From Callorhinchus milii (taxonomy: Eukaryota), in NCBI RefSeq assembly GCF_018977255.1, contig NW_024704743.1, positions 6,822,001-6,886,000 on the forward strand: a stretch of DNA of 64,000 bases, in the 5' to 3' direction. The notes under the pieces were generated by a model that was given only the letters and a program-made list of their open reading frames with translations, was not told the origin of the DNA and did no database searches. Positions 51,157 to 64,000 of the stretch are shown piece by piece (position 1 is the stretch's first letter; each line of letters begins with the position of its first letter). Made by a program: the position numbers and the translations under genes.

Positions 51157-54100
51157 TCTCTGTCCTCTCTGAGAAATCGATTTATGAGGCTGAAGAGCTT
51201 ATCGAATTGTTCTTCATAGCTCATCCCTCTAATGTCGAGGAAAAGACCCATTGCTCTCCTCTCACTAACTCCAGGTCAATCTCCAATCAGGCTGACCCAT
51301 AAAAACATGGTTTATGACTGTAAACTCATACCATGTCCAGGCAAATGTTTTTTTAAAACACTGTCACTGATGAGTACTGAGTTGTCAGGTGATTGCTGAC
51401 CTCACTTCCAATAAGCTGCATATTCGCCCTCTCATTCGTGACTGCATTATAAGTGGACTAACGATACAGCGGTCTCAATGTTGTCTCTATATTGTGGTGG
51501 TGCCGAGTATCTATCGAGTTCTCTAACTGCAGTATTTCAAAAGGACAAAATCTAAAGCAACCGGTGTGAATAACCTGAAACACTGACGATTCCCAGCTGT
51601 TCTCCACAGAGCTCTGAACCAGGTTGATCACTGAGACAGCACTTCCTGGCACCAAATAACTGATATGAATCATAGGCATGTGAAAGTTAATGAACCATAC
51701 CGAGGGAGATCTCCAGCACATGGCTCTATTGCCCTTTTGGATCCAATACCATTTTACGATTTTCTTAATGCCGGCCCCAAAACAGTAGTACAGCAAAAGC
51801 AGTGGGCCGCTGAACTACTCAAATTACTTTTGGCTGCTCAAATGACGTAATAACTTTTTACGTTTAGCCCTTACACTCACTGGGTATTGCTGCAGTTTAT
51901 GCTGCTCCTGCACTTCCATTCCTTTTTTTTACTGAAAAGTCAGAGCATAGTGATATAGCAAAGTCAGCAGGACATGCAGTCAAAATGTGCATTCATGAGT
52001 TTCATCATCACTCTGCAAGGGTTCATCCGGTTCCAGAGCCAAGCTGGTCCACACTGGTGATGACAATCTGGCTTGGACAGGACATGGAAGGCAGACCTAC
52101 ACTGGGGCAGGGATTCTTCCCACTCAGCTTCTGTTCACCCTACAAGCCAAAGGCCTAATGGGTAGGGTGATCCCAGCTGGTCAAGAAGCAGAAAGCTTGC
52201 CAGACGATGTTCACAATGGCAAACCATGTGTAGTTTTAACTGTTTGAACTCCAGCAGTAGCACACATATACTGTGGGATCTCCAAACTTTGGCTCTTGCC
52301 AACCTGCACCAAATATTTTCCCAAGTGAGGTACATAGGGTACATCTCTTCAGCTAGAACTACCCTATGTGTTACGCCTTTGGCTTGCAGGATTAACAAGA
52401 GCGGAGTAGGAAGAATCCCTGCCTCAGTGATCAGTCTGCCCCTTCACATCCTGCTGATGAGCCAGGCTGGCTGGTCCTTCATAAACACTGCCCTGAAGTA
52501 CTGTGGATCCACCTGGTCTGGACTACCAAGAACGCCAACGAGGAATGACTCAATCCTGACATTCCATTGCCAGGTACGTTTTGAGAATAAAATATTTTTA
52601 AAAAGAATATTTTAGTAACAATAATGGAGGAGGAAAGAATATTCTTCCAGGTCTGTGCCACTTTAAAAGTTAAGACTCATTTGGAAGGAAGTGGGGACTC
52701 CTAATGCACAAAGATGACACTTTCACCTATCACTCTTTAGCCCTGGTGTGCAACAAGCACAAATTACAGCAACAGCAACGTATATAGTACCCTTTACACA
52801 GGGTAGGGTCTCGGAGCCCATGACTGTTTAGCTCTTATTTATTCAATGTGAATCCTAAGGGATCTACCTCAACATCATAAAACACCCACTTACAGCACTG
52901 TAAAGATACAAAGACAACTCAACATCAGAAGCATTCAGATGGCTGTGCAGTGGATACTCCACATATGAATCATTGTGCACTTGAATCAAACAGCTATAGT
53001 GCACCTGTGTTCAATTCTTCAATGCCTTGAAATTTATCTGTTTTGGGCTCAGTGTCTGGGGCTGAACGGAAACGGTGTCCTGCAGTGTGGATCCTGGGAT
53101 AATCTATTTTGTAATATTTAACAGTGTAAAAGATTAAGTAGACTCAATTTGCCATCGTTCTGTACTTGATACAGAATACAGCACACACACACGGGCATTG
53201 GTCAACCCACCTTTGTGGATCTTTACCCTTAGGAAAGCGGGTAGGTCCACAGAGATGTCTGCCTCAATGTGTCGAACCATCCTATGTATTTTAGCTCGCA
53301 CTGATGCTGCAAATAAGATTGTAAAGCTGATCAAACATCAAGATATCCATATTGCGCATAACCAATTACATAAATTTTTAACTAAAATAATTTGTTCTTC
53401 TAGTCAAATATCTTCTCTTCCCTTTTCTCCTTTTCCTTATTGAGAAAAGGCACAATGGGAGTGAGCTCTGTGAAAACTAAGTATTAATCTGTGCTAAAGC
53501 ACACTGCACACTGGTGCAATATACAGAGCAGTGGCAGCAGCATCCCAGTATTGTACTGTATTCAATCATTCATAAATGTTAAGATACTCCCAGACTTAAC
53601 GTGCTGAACAAGACTTAACAGTTTGTTACAACCCAAAAACAATTTAATCTGCTAGTAAGTGGGAAATCTAAAAATTCTAAAGGAACTTGACGGATATTTA
53701 GAATCAAAAAGGCAATGTCTTCATGATGCTTCAGATCCCCTGCTAATCCTTGCATTTGATATAATAAAGATCCTTGCATTTGACATAGCGTCTTATCACG
53801 TCTTTGCGACATCGCAAAGCACTTCACAGAATATATTGTAAAGTGAATTGGCTGTATATTTTATGGGCGAAACATTGCACCTTTCATGTCAGAAGGACAT
53901 CTGAAATGCTTTACAGGATTTTACTGTTATGTGTAAGGACTGTATTTTGAAAGTGAATGCAGCAGGCAATTTGCAAACAACAATGTCCCACAAACAGCCA
54001 TAAAGTGAATGATCAATTTTTTATTTTGGGTTATTAGCCAGTACACCGAGAAGCACCAGGAAGGCACCTGAAAATCAATCTCTCTCTCATCTGGAGAATG

Positions 54101-56747
54101 GTTTCTGATAACGCTACCCTGCCATCCAACAACACATTGCATTCATATAGCGCTTCTCGTGTCAGAGGACGTCCCAAGGATCTGGACAGTTGAGGTTTTG
54201 CACCCGAGCTGGAGGTTGGATTTCGGATGGATGGGGCCCAATAGGGATGGTGGGGGGAGAGAAAGATGACCGAAGATCACAGGGGTAAGGTGGGGCAAGA
54301 CCATAGAGCATTATAAAAGTGAAGCCGAGGCAATAACTGATCCCAACAAAGATAAATTCCGCAAAGGCAACTAACAATATTCATTCTCAGAGATTCATAT
54401 TAAAATACTTTTATGTACAATGCACTTCACAATACGAGAACAATTTCTTGCAGAATTGCATACACCATGGAAAAAATTCAGACATTAATATTTCACTCTT
54501 TCTTTAAAAGATCATTGCATTTGCAGGTAACATTTTACTTCCTCACTGATGTAATAACTACAGTTGAGTGGCTCCAAGGGTTCTGCCGATGCTTCTTACA
54601 GTTGTCCACAAGGGGCCTGCGAAGAAGACTGTCCTCCCTCTTGGTGTATATCAGCCTGGCCTCCAACTCCACACTTATCCTTGCTTTCAATGTGTAGCAA
54701 GCACCTGGCCTCTGACTCTAAACCCAACGCTGCTCTTGGTGCAGAAATGCTTGGCCTGTAACTCAGCATATCCTCCAAGGCAAGCAAAACTATGGATCCA
54801 CCACTTTGAGCCAGTATTTCCCTCAACTCCACGCACAACAACACAATGTTCAAAAACACACGCCATTTCAGCGCCAGTCAGTTAATGTTAAACCATTGCT
54901 GCAATCCACCAAACCACAGCAGCAGATGTTGCACAACACACTACACAAAAGGTTACTGTGCGATTTGGACTGTAAGCTTGGGAGGTGTCCAACCTACCAT
55001 AAATATTTTGCTGAAAGGGTTAGAAACACTTCACTCAAAACGGAATAATTTTAGCTGCAAATAGAAATAAATCCAAGAGAGTATGCGATACAAATTGCGC
55101 TTTTCCCTTTTTATTCACTTCAGTATGAGAATTCTTTCCTATTCAAGCAGTTCAAAATGCGTCATCGCATTTGAATGCTTCAGGAATAATCAGAATTTTT
55201 CTAACGTGACTTTATTTTAACATTTTGGTGTGAGAAACCTAAGCAGCGGACTGGGAGTAGCCACTAAACACTTTAAAAATACACAAGCACGAATGCAAGG
55301 AAGCGACTGAAATTCTAGCGACTCCAAGCTTGCTCACTGGGGCTCGATTACTACAGGGAAGGGAGAGACTCCAAACACAGCAACCCGAAGGCCGAAGCCC
55401 AAATTCCAATCAGATAATTGCCGGCCAGAAGACTGCAAACTCAGCTGGAGATGAAACCAGAACAGAACTGCATGTTCCAAAAGGAGGTCTGGGAGCACTG
55501 AAATCTACATTAGGAAGCAGCAAGCCAACTCAACATTCACATTATATTGACCATTATAAAGAATGGAAATTAACAGTCCTGCCGTGAAGTGACAGCACAA
55601 ACCAATCGCATTTACAGTTCAGTGCAATAAGCTCACCTCAGCAGAGAACACAGCAAATTATGCAGTCATAACTCTAACGATTCACACATGGGGCCAAACA
55701 AAATGGTTAAAAATAATGATCTTGCAAGATACTGTGAAAAAATATTCGGACCACTTCCAGAAGCACTGCATTTTTATTTGCGGTTTCATTGTCAGCTCCT
55801 CGACTTACAACACAGGAACACAAAAGGATCCATGTGTAAAAGTACATTAGAAAGGTGCAAGGTTTAGCCACATATTCAAAAAGGAAGTGGAACATTAAGA
55901 AAGATTTTTTGTTGAGAAACATTCCCCACGTTAGGATGTAATGTGGTAATAAACAAAATGACTGCATTGGCTATTGATTTTCTATTGTTTAAAAGCAAAT
56001 TAAAAATTTGTTAAAACAGATTGGAAAGTTTACATTGAAGGCAAAGGGAATAAGTCTTCAGTTGAAAAAACATCATGACAGACATTCTGACTGCACGGCC
56101 ATTGCAGGACAGACCATTTGAAACAGGTTAAACCCCAATGAGCCTGGCTAAAACCACCCCACTGGGACAAAAAACCCTCCTTTTAATACTGAGACAGCAT
56201 TTTAAAGAAAACCTAAAGCAGGCCAACAAGCACCAGTTATCGCCAGCTCAGTGCTGAAATTGCTGAAATTGAAAATAGCCAGATGCTCCATCCAGTCACT
56301 CCCACTGCATTGACCTCACAATGTAATTCGTTACACCTTAAGCCAAAATGTTATATGTTCTTAGTCTTAAAACCATCTTAAGTTTTAATATCGTACATTT
56401 TTGGGGGTAAATTCTGAAATTTTGTTTCAATTTAGAATTTTTTATATTTTTAATAACCAAAGAAAACTGGCTCCCAAATTAAAACTAAATGTAATTTTAT
56501 ATGTTTAAGAGAATTGTCTCAAGTTAAAGCCATGATGAGCTTCAGCCTTTGGCTATGTATGTATTTTTGGCCAACTCTGTATTGTATATTGCTAAGGACA
56601 TTGCATCGTGAGCGCAGATTACAAATAGAATAGTTCATGAATATCTATATACATACAAGAACCTCAGGAAAAGCTTTAAATAAGTTGAAATGGGTTTCAC
56701 TAAACCACCACGGAGAATAAAACAGTCACTTCACTAGAGGTCATCTA

Positions 56748-56805
56748 CAGGGTGACCACAAAAATGTGATATCTACCGTGATATCACGACTTTTTGGTGA
56801 CCCTG
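56748..56805. mobile_element. 58-bp TA-flanked inverted-repeat element, Tc1/mariner-type MITE candidate
   Basis: TA|CAGGGTGACCACAAAAATGTGATATC-TACCGT-GATATCACGACTTTTTGGTGACCCTG|TA; 26-nt arms complementary at 21 of 26 positions. Confidence 0.7.
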
Positions 56806-57414
56806 TAACTGTAATGTAAGTGTTTCTTTTGCAGGTCAGATGATAATGAGCATCAGGCAAACAATTACAAACTGTAACCTAATAGAAGGATTCAGAGGAC
56901 ATTATAAAATACTGTATGTAAGCCAAGTTTGAATTGTTAACTCCCAAGTTACCAAAGATTATTTCAATCAATGACATTTTACAACAATTCACACTTATAT
57001 AGTGACAGATCGAATTGTTAATTCATTCCATGGTTGTTTGTTGAACATGGTTGTGTTCAAATACACAGTCACTACTCGTCAAAGTAAAATCCTGTTGGAA
57101 AAGGATTTGGCCGAGGAGTAGGCGAGACAGTTGGTTTTAGTGTGGCCTAGCCAGACCTGACTTGCAGTGGATCGCAAGGCCAGATGTGAGCTACAGTTTT
57201 GTGAGTTTGTGTTTCTTGCAGTATTCATGGGCTTAATCTCTTCTTGTCACTGCCGTGTCCAATAATAATAATAATGTTTCCGTCATGTCAAGTGCAGCAG
57301 TTTTACAAGAGAAAATTAAGTTGAAAGAACGCAAGGCATTTTTTGCACAGTATGTGTTGTAGCTGTCAGTGCACATCGATAATGCCTTCTAAGTAAAATA
57401 CAGTAATAAATAAA

Positions 57415-57700
57415 ACTTCTTGCAATTGATACATCGCCTTTCATGTCGGGATGTCGACTCAAAGCGCTTCACAGGATTTAGTATAAAGTGTAGTCACTGT
57501 ATTTTGCAGGTGAAAGAGGCAGTAATTTGCATACAGCAACGTCCCATCAAGCCACAGAGTGATCAATTTTATATGGGGATTTGCAAGCCAGGGAACCGGG
57601 AAAAATTTCCTTCTCTTTTCGAATGGAGCCATGGGATCTTTAAAGTCCACCTCAACAGGCAGATTGGACCTCTGTTTAATATCTCACCCGAATGACGGCA
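57415..57700 (-). mobile_element. Deu-domain SINE, 3' half
   Basis: Reverse complement gives TGCCGTCATTCGGGTGAGATATTAAACAGAGG...GGTGGACTTTAAAGATCCCATGGC. Confidence 0.82.
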
Positions 57701-60700
57701 TCACAACACAATATAGAAGGGTGTGCAGAACAAGTAAAGCCCATCGCAGACCATCTGGCCAGCGGTCCCAGTGTAAATATAATATGGCACATCATATATT
57801 TAAAAACAGGCATCTCACAAGTTTTCATTTGACTTATTCAAATTGGTATCTAATTCTTTCTTGAATTTACTGAAAGTCTGCTTGAAAATGGGGCAGGGGG
57901 TGGGGGGCTAAAACCTGTAGTGGGTAAATCTCTACTTTTGACAGATACAATTCTCTCTCCATCCTTTCAAATGCACAAGGGAAATATTAATCTGTTTGTT
58001 TTGTACGGGTGAATTCAACACCAAGACTTGTAGGCACTCAGTTACGAACAGATGGAAGCAATACATCGCCTTCAGCAAGAATCTATGCACAAACACACTT
58101 CTTTACTGCAAGGCAATATGCTTTTTCTAACTCACTCAGATACAAAAATGAATCAAAGCATATTTTGGATTAGTCATGTGTTTAGCATAACAAACTGAGC
58201 TGATGACAAAATCAGTGTATGTGCACAGTGTATAAGTCTTGTATATTCTTGAATATCTAACGAATAGCTACTGAGTCAAGTCTACCTGTGACATTTACAG
58301 CCCCCAATGGCCCTATTGTAACTGCCTGTGAAAACAAAAAGATCTGCTGAAAAATTACATCTTAATCGCGTTCTTCTTTGTCACACAGCAACAGATTTAT
58401 TTCATCTTCCATGTGTGGAAAAATGTAAAATCAACGTGACGAGAGGTCTGATTTCCAACAGGCCCTTAGTCACCTCACAGTCTCCTGTGCCACTACCACC
58501 ATCTACTGGATATCAGGAGCATTACAAGTCTGGTGCACGCTTCAGTCCTTTGCATTGACCATCTTGAATATGGTCCAGTAACACCTCACTTCAACCTTCT
58601 GACATCCCCATCTTCTTGCCACAGTATTCAGCTGAAGAAGTCGTTTAGCCGGACTCCTGCTGCACCTAATTTTCCAATGATTTTTTTATAAAAATCAAAT
58701 TTCCTTATTGCAGTCTGATCTCAGAACCTAGAAATGTTATGTATTTGGCTTCATACACTACATGGTTTTTCAAGCTTACAGCATTTCTCTTGGCTTGATT
58801 TCACTCACACGATGTGATCAGCAGCAAACTAGGCTAACTGCCTCCAGGACAGCCTCCCCCAGTCCTCACTTAAGACCTTGAATGCCGATCCTCAGACCAC
58901 CTCCCAGACCACTGTCTCTGACTTGCAGCCATTCTGCAACGCACTGGATTTTTTTAAAATATAAAACTACTTTAATGGGGCTGTTTCTTGAACAATGTGG
59001 GCATTTTTGATTAAAAAAATACTTAGTTCCAGTTTATGCCCAGAAACAGGGTGCAGGGACAAAGACAAAATGTTCCCATCCAAAGAGAATTTTAAGATGT
59101 GCATAAGACTATAAATGCTTTACAACAATTTACATTTATATAGTGCCATTCATATTGCAAAGATGTATGTATCAAAGCGCTTCAAAGAACTGACTTGAAT
59201 GCCTGAGCTGGGGAGGGTCGGTGGATGTGGTGCAAAAGCACAGTTGAAAAAAAGATCTTAAAACATTTTAAATGTGGGGGACAGAGATGAGGCAGAGGGA
59301 CTCCGAGATGGAGGTCTAGAGTGGGCGGGAAAGAATAATGCAACTTTGTTTAATGTGCACAAGAGGAAAGATATCAGGGATTAATCTGGAATAATGAAGG
59401 ATTGCAGGGTTTGATGGGTGCATTCACCTCAATATTTCTCCAAATATCTTTAAATTGTGCAAAACATTTTCCGGTTAACACTGCAAACAGCAGCTGTCTG
59501 CTACTGTTGCACTGCACAACTGCACATGAAGAGATCACAGTGGGAAGCAAGAGTTTGAATTCCCAGAGGTTCAAAAACACCTGAAATACTAAGTTCAGGG
59601 GGTGGGGACTTATGCCCATCATTATTATCCTCAGTTCCAAGGAATTTTACGCTTGAAGATAGTTGAAATGTTTCAGCTCACACTGGGCTGGGCGTTGGTC
59701 ACCGAGAGGAAAGCTGCTGCTGAAACTGCATTACTGGTGATTTATCAAAAAAAACAGAAAAGGAATTCTTAAGTTGGACTTCCATCGCCTGATGGATAGA
59801 ACTTGAATACTTTAACTTTTGGAACTAGTTTGCTCATGTGTCCCCCATATTATTTTTCATATGCACGCCTGAGCTTCAGGATTTTACATTTGTTTCACCA
59901 CAACCGAATGCCTGCTGGGCCACAATATTGGCTACTTTTGCACCAGCGATTTTGTTCCCAAATCAGCAGCAAAACACCTTGTTTTAATCAGTCAGTGGCT
60001 GTGAACTGTCAGAACAGTGCCAATGCCAAACTATGCCAGCTGTGAAACTACAGCTATGTCAGAAACTTCACAATTGCACTCATGGCTGATCTGTACCTCA
60101 ACTTTGATTAGCTCCACTCAAATAGATAACGTAATATATAGAATAAATCTGTGGTGCAATTCAAATAAGAAATTGGAGATTTGGTCTTCTAAGACTTTAA
60201 TCTGTAATCAGAACTCTCGAGTTGTGTAACAGCATTGATGTGTAAACCAGAAATCAGTTGTCCTGATGTGTGATCGAGTGCTTTGTGCTCTTATGCTACT
60301 TATGCATGGGGTGCCAGATTTACAGGTTTCTTTTTTCTCTGCCAAGTTTTTCTCCTCTTGAAGCCGTTTTGACTTTTATTTTCTCCCAAGGCATCGTTTT
60401 CACAGGTGCCCTCTCTTAACGTGCCCAAAAGGTCATTATTTATGTGTAAGCCTTGATAATGAGCGTCGGGCAAGCTGTGCAACCCAGAGTTGGGGTGGGA
60501 GGGGGGGAAAAGAGATGGAAGGTATTATAGGCGAGCCTATTCTGTATTCTGAATTCTGTTCTTCAGCAATTTCACTCACACACACAAGCAGGAATCCCTA
60601 CACACCATGATCTTTCTATTCTCAACCAAGTCCAATAGCAGCGTGCAACAGAGTAGCCAACTCAGCATACAAACCTACCACGTTCTGGTTTATATGGCCC

Positions 60701-61476
60701 AGAAGCTCAATCATACACAGCGCAAGGTCTCTTTCAAAGCCAGTGGCAGCATTCCCTTAGAATATAGTTCTGTCTGAGGAAAATACAACTTCTCCTGAAT
60801 GCGCCTGCCAACATTTTTGATGCACTTAGCTTAAAATGTAACAAAACCCACTGACCAAAGTTACACATGTGGAGCTCATGTGGACTCTTGTACCAGAGAG
60901 AGAGCATCAGATTCAAAATTCCATGCCCACCAATCCCTTAAATGACGAAAGTGTCAGAGCTCCTCGTTGGAGCACTACACACGTATCCACTATCCAACCT
61001 GATCACATATGGTTGCAATGAAGGTAACTGCAGTTAGTGGCTCACTCCATTAGCTGAGCAAGCATAAATGATAGCAACTTCAAGATAGTGAATTGTGAAG
61101 TTAAAGAAACACCTTTTGTGACCTTAGTTATGGATGAACTTAGCTTGTACACTTGATTTTAGAAAGCTTTAGCATTGATGTGAACTTTATGCGTACAGCG
61201 GATTCCTAATTGAACCTTAAATTCACATTCGGTAACAAACAAAACAATCAAAATTGCTGTTGAAAAACCGTCAGAAGAGCACATTGAATGTGAGCTGATT
61301 GCCATCTTTTAGGTTACTTTTAATGCAGCTAATCTTCCATTTTTTCTTTCTGCTATATAGTGGACACTGAATGAGTGTGAAAGTGAATTATAATACAGGC
61401 AATGAATGAAAAGAAGTGTGAATCATCTAAGTCACACATCTTCAAGAACTCAATCTAGTGCAGTATTCTTTCTTTG

Positions 61477-61950
61477 TGTCTCAGCATTGCTCAGTGGTAG
61501 TACTCTCGCATATGAGTCTGAAGGCTGTGGGTTCAAGTCCCATGTCAGGACTTCAACTCACAGTCAAAGCTGACACTTCAATGCAGTGCTGGAGATGTGC
61601 TACATTGTCGGAGGTGCCTTCCTTTGGACGAGATGTTAAATCCATGTCTGTTAAAAGATGTTAAAAACAGTCTGCCTGTTCAGGTGGATGTTAAAGATAC
61701 CTGGCACTATTCGAAGAGAGAAGGGAGTTTCTCCCAGTGACCTGGTCAACAATCCCCCAAATAAATTTGGTCATTTGTTTTATGGCTGTTTGTGGGACAT
61801 TACCGTATGGAAATTGTGCTGCCGCATTTGCCTAGAAATATAGTCACTCCATTTCACAGTAACTGTTGTGAAGCTCTTTGAGACGTCCTTCCAACATGAT
61901 AAGCTGCTATACCAAATGAAAGGATTATTATCATTACTATTATTATTATT
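61477..61950 (+). mobile_element. Deu-domain SINE, full length
   Basis: GCTCAGTGGTAGTACTCTCGC...GGTTCAAGTCCC head, complete Deu core and (TTA)n tail. Confidence 0.88.
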
Positions 61951-62484
61951 TGGTGCCACTACTGCCTGTCTGGGTCACATAAATCAGAAAGACATGACAA
62001 AAAAGACCAATGCTACTTTAGAACACGAAGAAATTCACTTAGCTACAAAGTCATGTTCTCCACTTCTTGGAAAATATGTTTCAGCAATACTCTAGCAATA
62101 ACCAGCATGGTTTCTGGATTTGCAAAGGAGCTGGAAGCTGATGAATTGAAAGTAATGTTCAAGTTACAGCCTTTTTCAAAAAATTTTTTTAATGAATTCT
62201 CGAAAGGTATTTTATACACCAGTCACCAAACTTGTAAGAAGGAATCAAAATCAGGAAAATGTCACAAATTCATAAAGTTATGATCAAACCAAGTAATGTT
62301 TCCTAAATCTATTCCCGGATTCCCATTCCTATACTATTCCCTGAATTAGATTTGATCCAATACCCCTACTGAATCCTTCAAATCAGAATTGCACTGTACT
62401 TGAAAAGAGAAGGAAGTTCCTCCTAGATTACATGGTAAAATGTTTCACAAGTCTGCCCTTGGCACTGTGCTTCACGAGTCTGCA

Positions 62485-62597
62485 CTAGAGTATCAAGGGA
62501 TATGAGGCTAAGGCGGGTTGAGGTATAGATTAGCCATGATCTAACAGAATGGTGGAACAGGCTCAAGGAGATGAATGGTCTACTCCTGTTCCTATGC
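62485..62597 (+). mobile_element. CR1-clade (HER1-like) LINE 3' end
   Basis: Homologous to 5740-5860. Confidence 0.8.
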
Positions 62598-62619
62598 TTC
62601 ACTAGTCCATAATTCATGG

Positions 62620-63276
62620 TACTGCGCTCCACCCTGTACCAAATTACGCACTCCCATCACCCCATTCCTTGCCAGGCTCCACTGACTTCCTATCGGGTTA
62701 CTGAAACACACTCCTTGCCAGTCTCCCCAGCTCCACTATTCAAAAGATTCAGCTCATTCAGAACTTCGCCGCCCGCATACTGACCAAACTCCATACCCAC
62801 ATCTCACCAGTTCTGGCCAGGCTCCACTGGCTCCCCATCATCGAACGGATCGACTTCAAGATCTTCACGCTCGTGTTCAAATCCTTTCACTCCCTGGCAC
62901 CTCCCTACCTTTCCGACCTCCTCACTCTCCAATCCACCACCTGGCTCCTCCATTCAACTGGCATCGGTCTCCTGCTCATCCCTTGCACCCTCCACCCCAC
63001 CATCGGAGGTCGCGCTTTCAGCCACTATGCCCCGAAACTCTTGAACACTCTCCCTCAATCCCTCCGCCTTGCCCCCTCTCTCCCATTTTTCAAGTCCTCT
63101 TCGACCGTGCTTACGGCCATCTCCCCCCACCCTCTACCCCAGCTTGGAGTCTTCAGAAGATCTTACTCTTTAACCTTTCTCTCTCCTCAGCTCGGTGTCA
63201 CTATTAAAAGCTCCAAGATGCTAACTGTGTGAAGAGCTCTGTATAAATGCAAGTAGTAGTAGTTGTTGTTGTTGTA
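62620..63276 (+). mobile_element. L2 3' fragment
   Basis: LQLIQNFAARIL...LARLHWLPIIERIDFKIFTLVFKSFHSLAPPYLSDLL...GGRAFSHYAPKL; (TAG/TTG)n tail. Confidence 0.9.
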
Positions 63277-64000
63277 GTCAACAGTACATAGCACTGAGCT
63301 CCAAAAGAAATGAAATTGTTATTAAGCTTAGCTCATTGACCTACATATAAAACATTCTGGACTTGAAGTGAAACACAGTCCAGTTTTTGGCTGCAAGAAG
63401 TGACAAACTTGATGCTTATGTACATTTAAACAAATGTTGCTCCAAAATAAAAACAGAACATCCCTTCATAAACAAAATCTCAACCATTCAGACCCCATTA
63501 CCCTGGAAACTCTCATTAATAATCATCGTCCATCAAGAGTCTCCTTCTCCTCTAGATCAGCTTGCATTTGGATGGGTTCCAGTCAAGAACCCAAACAGCC
63601 CATCACTTCTTGAACTGAAGTCCTTGAGTTTCAACAGTTACTGTATTTATTTGTGACTTCTGCTTTCCTAACCAATTACTGATTGGAGTTAAAGCAAGGG
63701 AACCACACAAACACCCACGTTCCTCCTGCTTGCTAGACAACCACCAGAAAAGACACATTTTTAGATTCACTACAGCATCTATCTATGTGACATTCAAGTG
63801 TTCCAGGCTTAAGTAATCAACAGCATTGTTCAAAGTCCAATATCCAAGAACTTTTGAAACTTACCACAATCAAATTCTCCAGGCTCTGAATTAACCAAAT
63901 CCTACAATATTTTCATTTGGCAATTTCCAATGAGAAGGAGCCTCAGCTAATCCTTCATGCACAGTCTACTGAGAGTCATGAGAGTTTTGTCCAGTTCACC

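Noticed and set aside
52452..52490. Hammerhead ribozyme (CUGAUGA followed by a short stem)
   Set aside because: No GAAA after stem II and no stem I/III with a cleavage triplet in any copy of the repeat.
55632..55700. Strong minus-strand donor (GAG|GTGAGC) as the end of a non-coding MPP7 exon
   Set aside because: No supporting promoter, CpG island or acceptor could be tied to it from sequence alone.
1..64000. Prokaryotic systems (CRISPR arrays, operons, defence islands)
   Set aside because: Spliced vertebrate gene with SINE/LINE-rich introns; recurring motifs are dispersed retroposon tails, not regularly spaced repeats.

Overview
Eukaryotic genomic DNA from a vertebrate. The repeat content suggests a cartilaginous fish, possibly a chimaera/holocephalan (inference from SINE/LINE families). 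The window is mostly intronic sequence of MPP7 (MAGUK p55 scaffold protein 7) on the minus strand. Four coding exons were recovered by hand, all with canonical GT-AG boundaries: 47616-47652, 27013-27131, 6413-6490 and 2564-2644. They splice in frame to [105 protein letters not shown], the N-terminal L27 region; the gene continues beyond the left edge. The introns are dense with L2-clade and CR1-clade LINE fragments, tRNA-Ala-headed SINEs (young and older subfamilies) and older Deu-domain SINEs. The most notable element is a degraded, internally deleted gag-pro-pol retroelement (about 31.7-35.15 kb) whose RT looks foamy/spumavirus-like. Also present: a nested retroposon cluster with readable TSDs and a duplicated empty site, an unclassified 400-bp-scale repeat family, a 58-bp TA-flanked MITE-like hairpin, and a candidate poison micro-exon. 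Most ORFs in the supplied track are spurious or repeat-derived. Repeat boundaries are approximate, and all family assignments are from remembered consensus features, not database searches.
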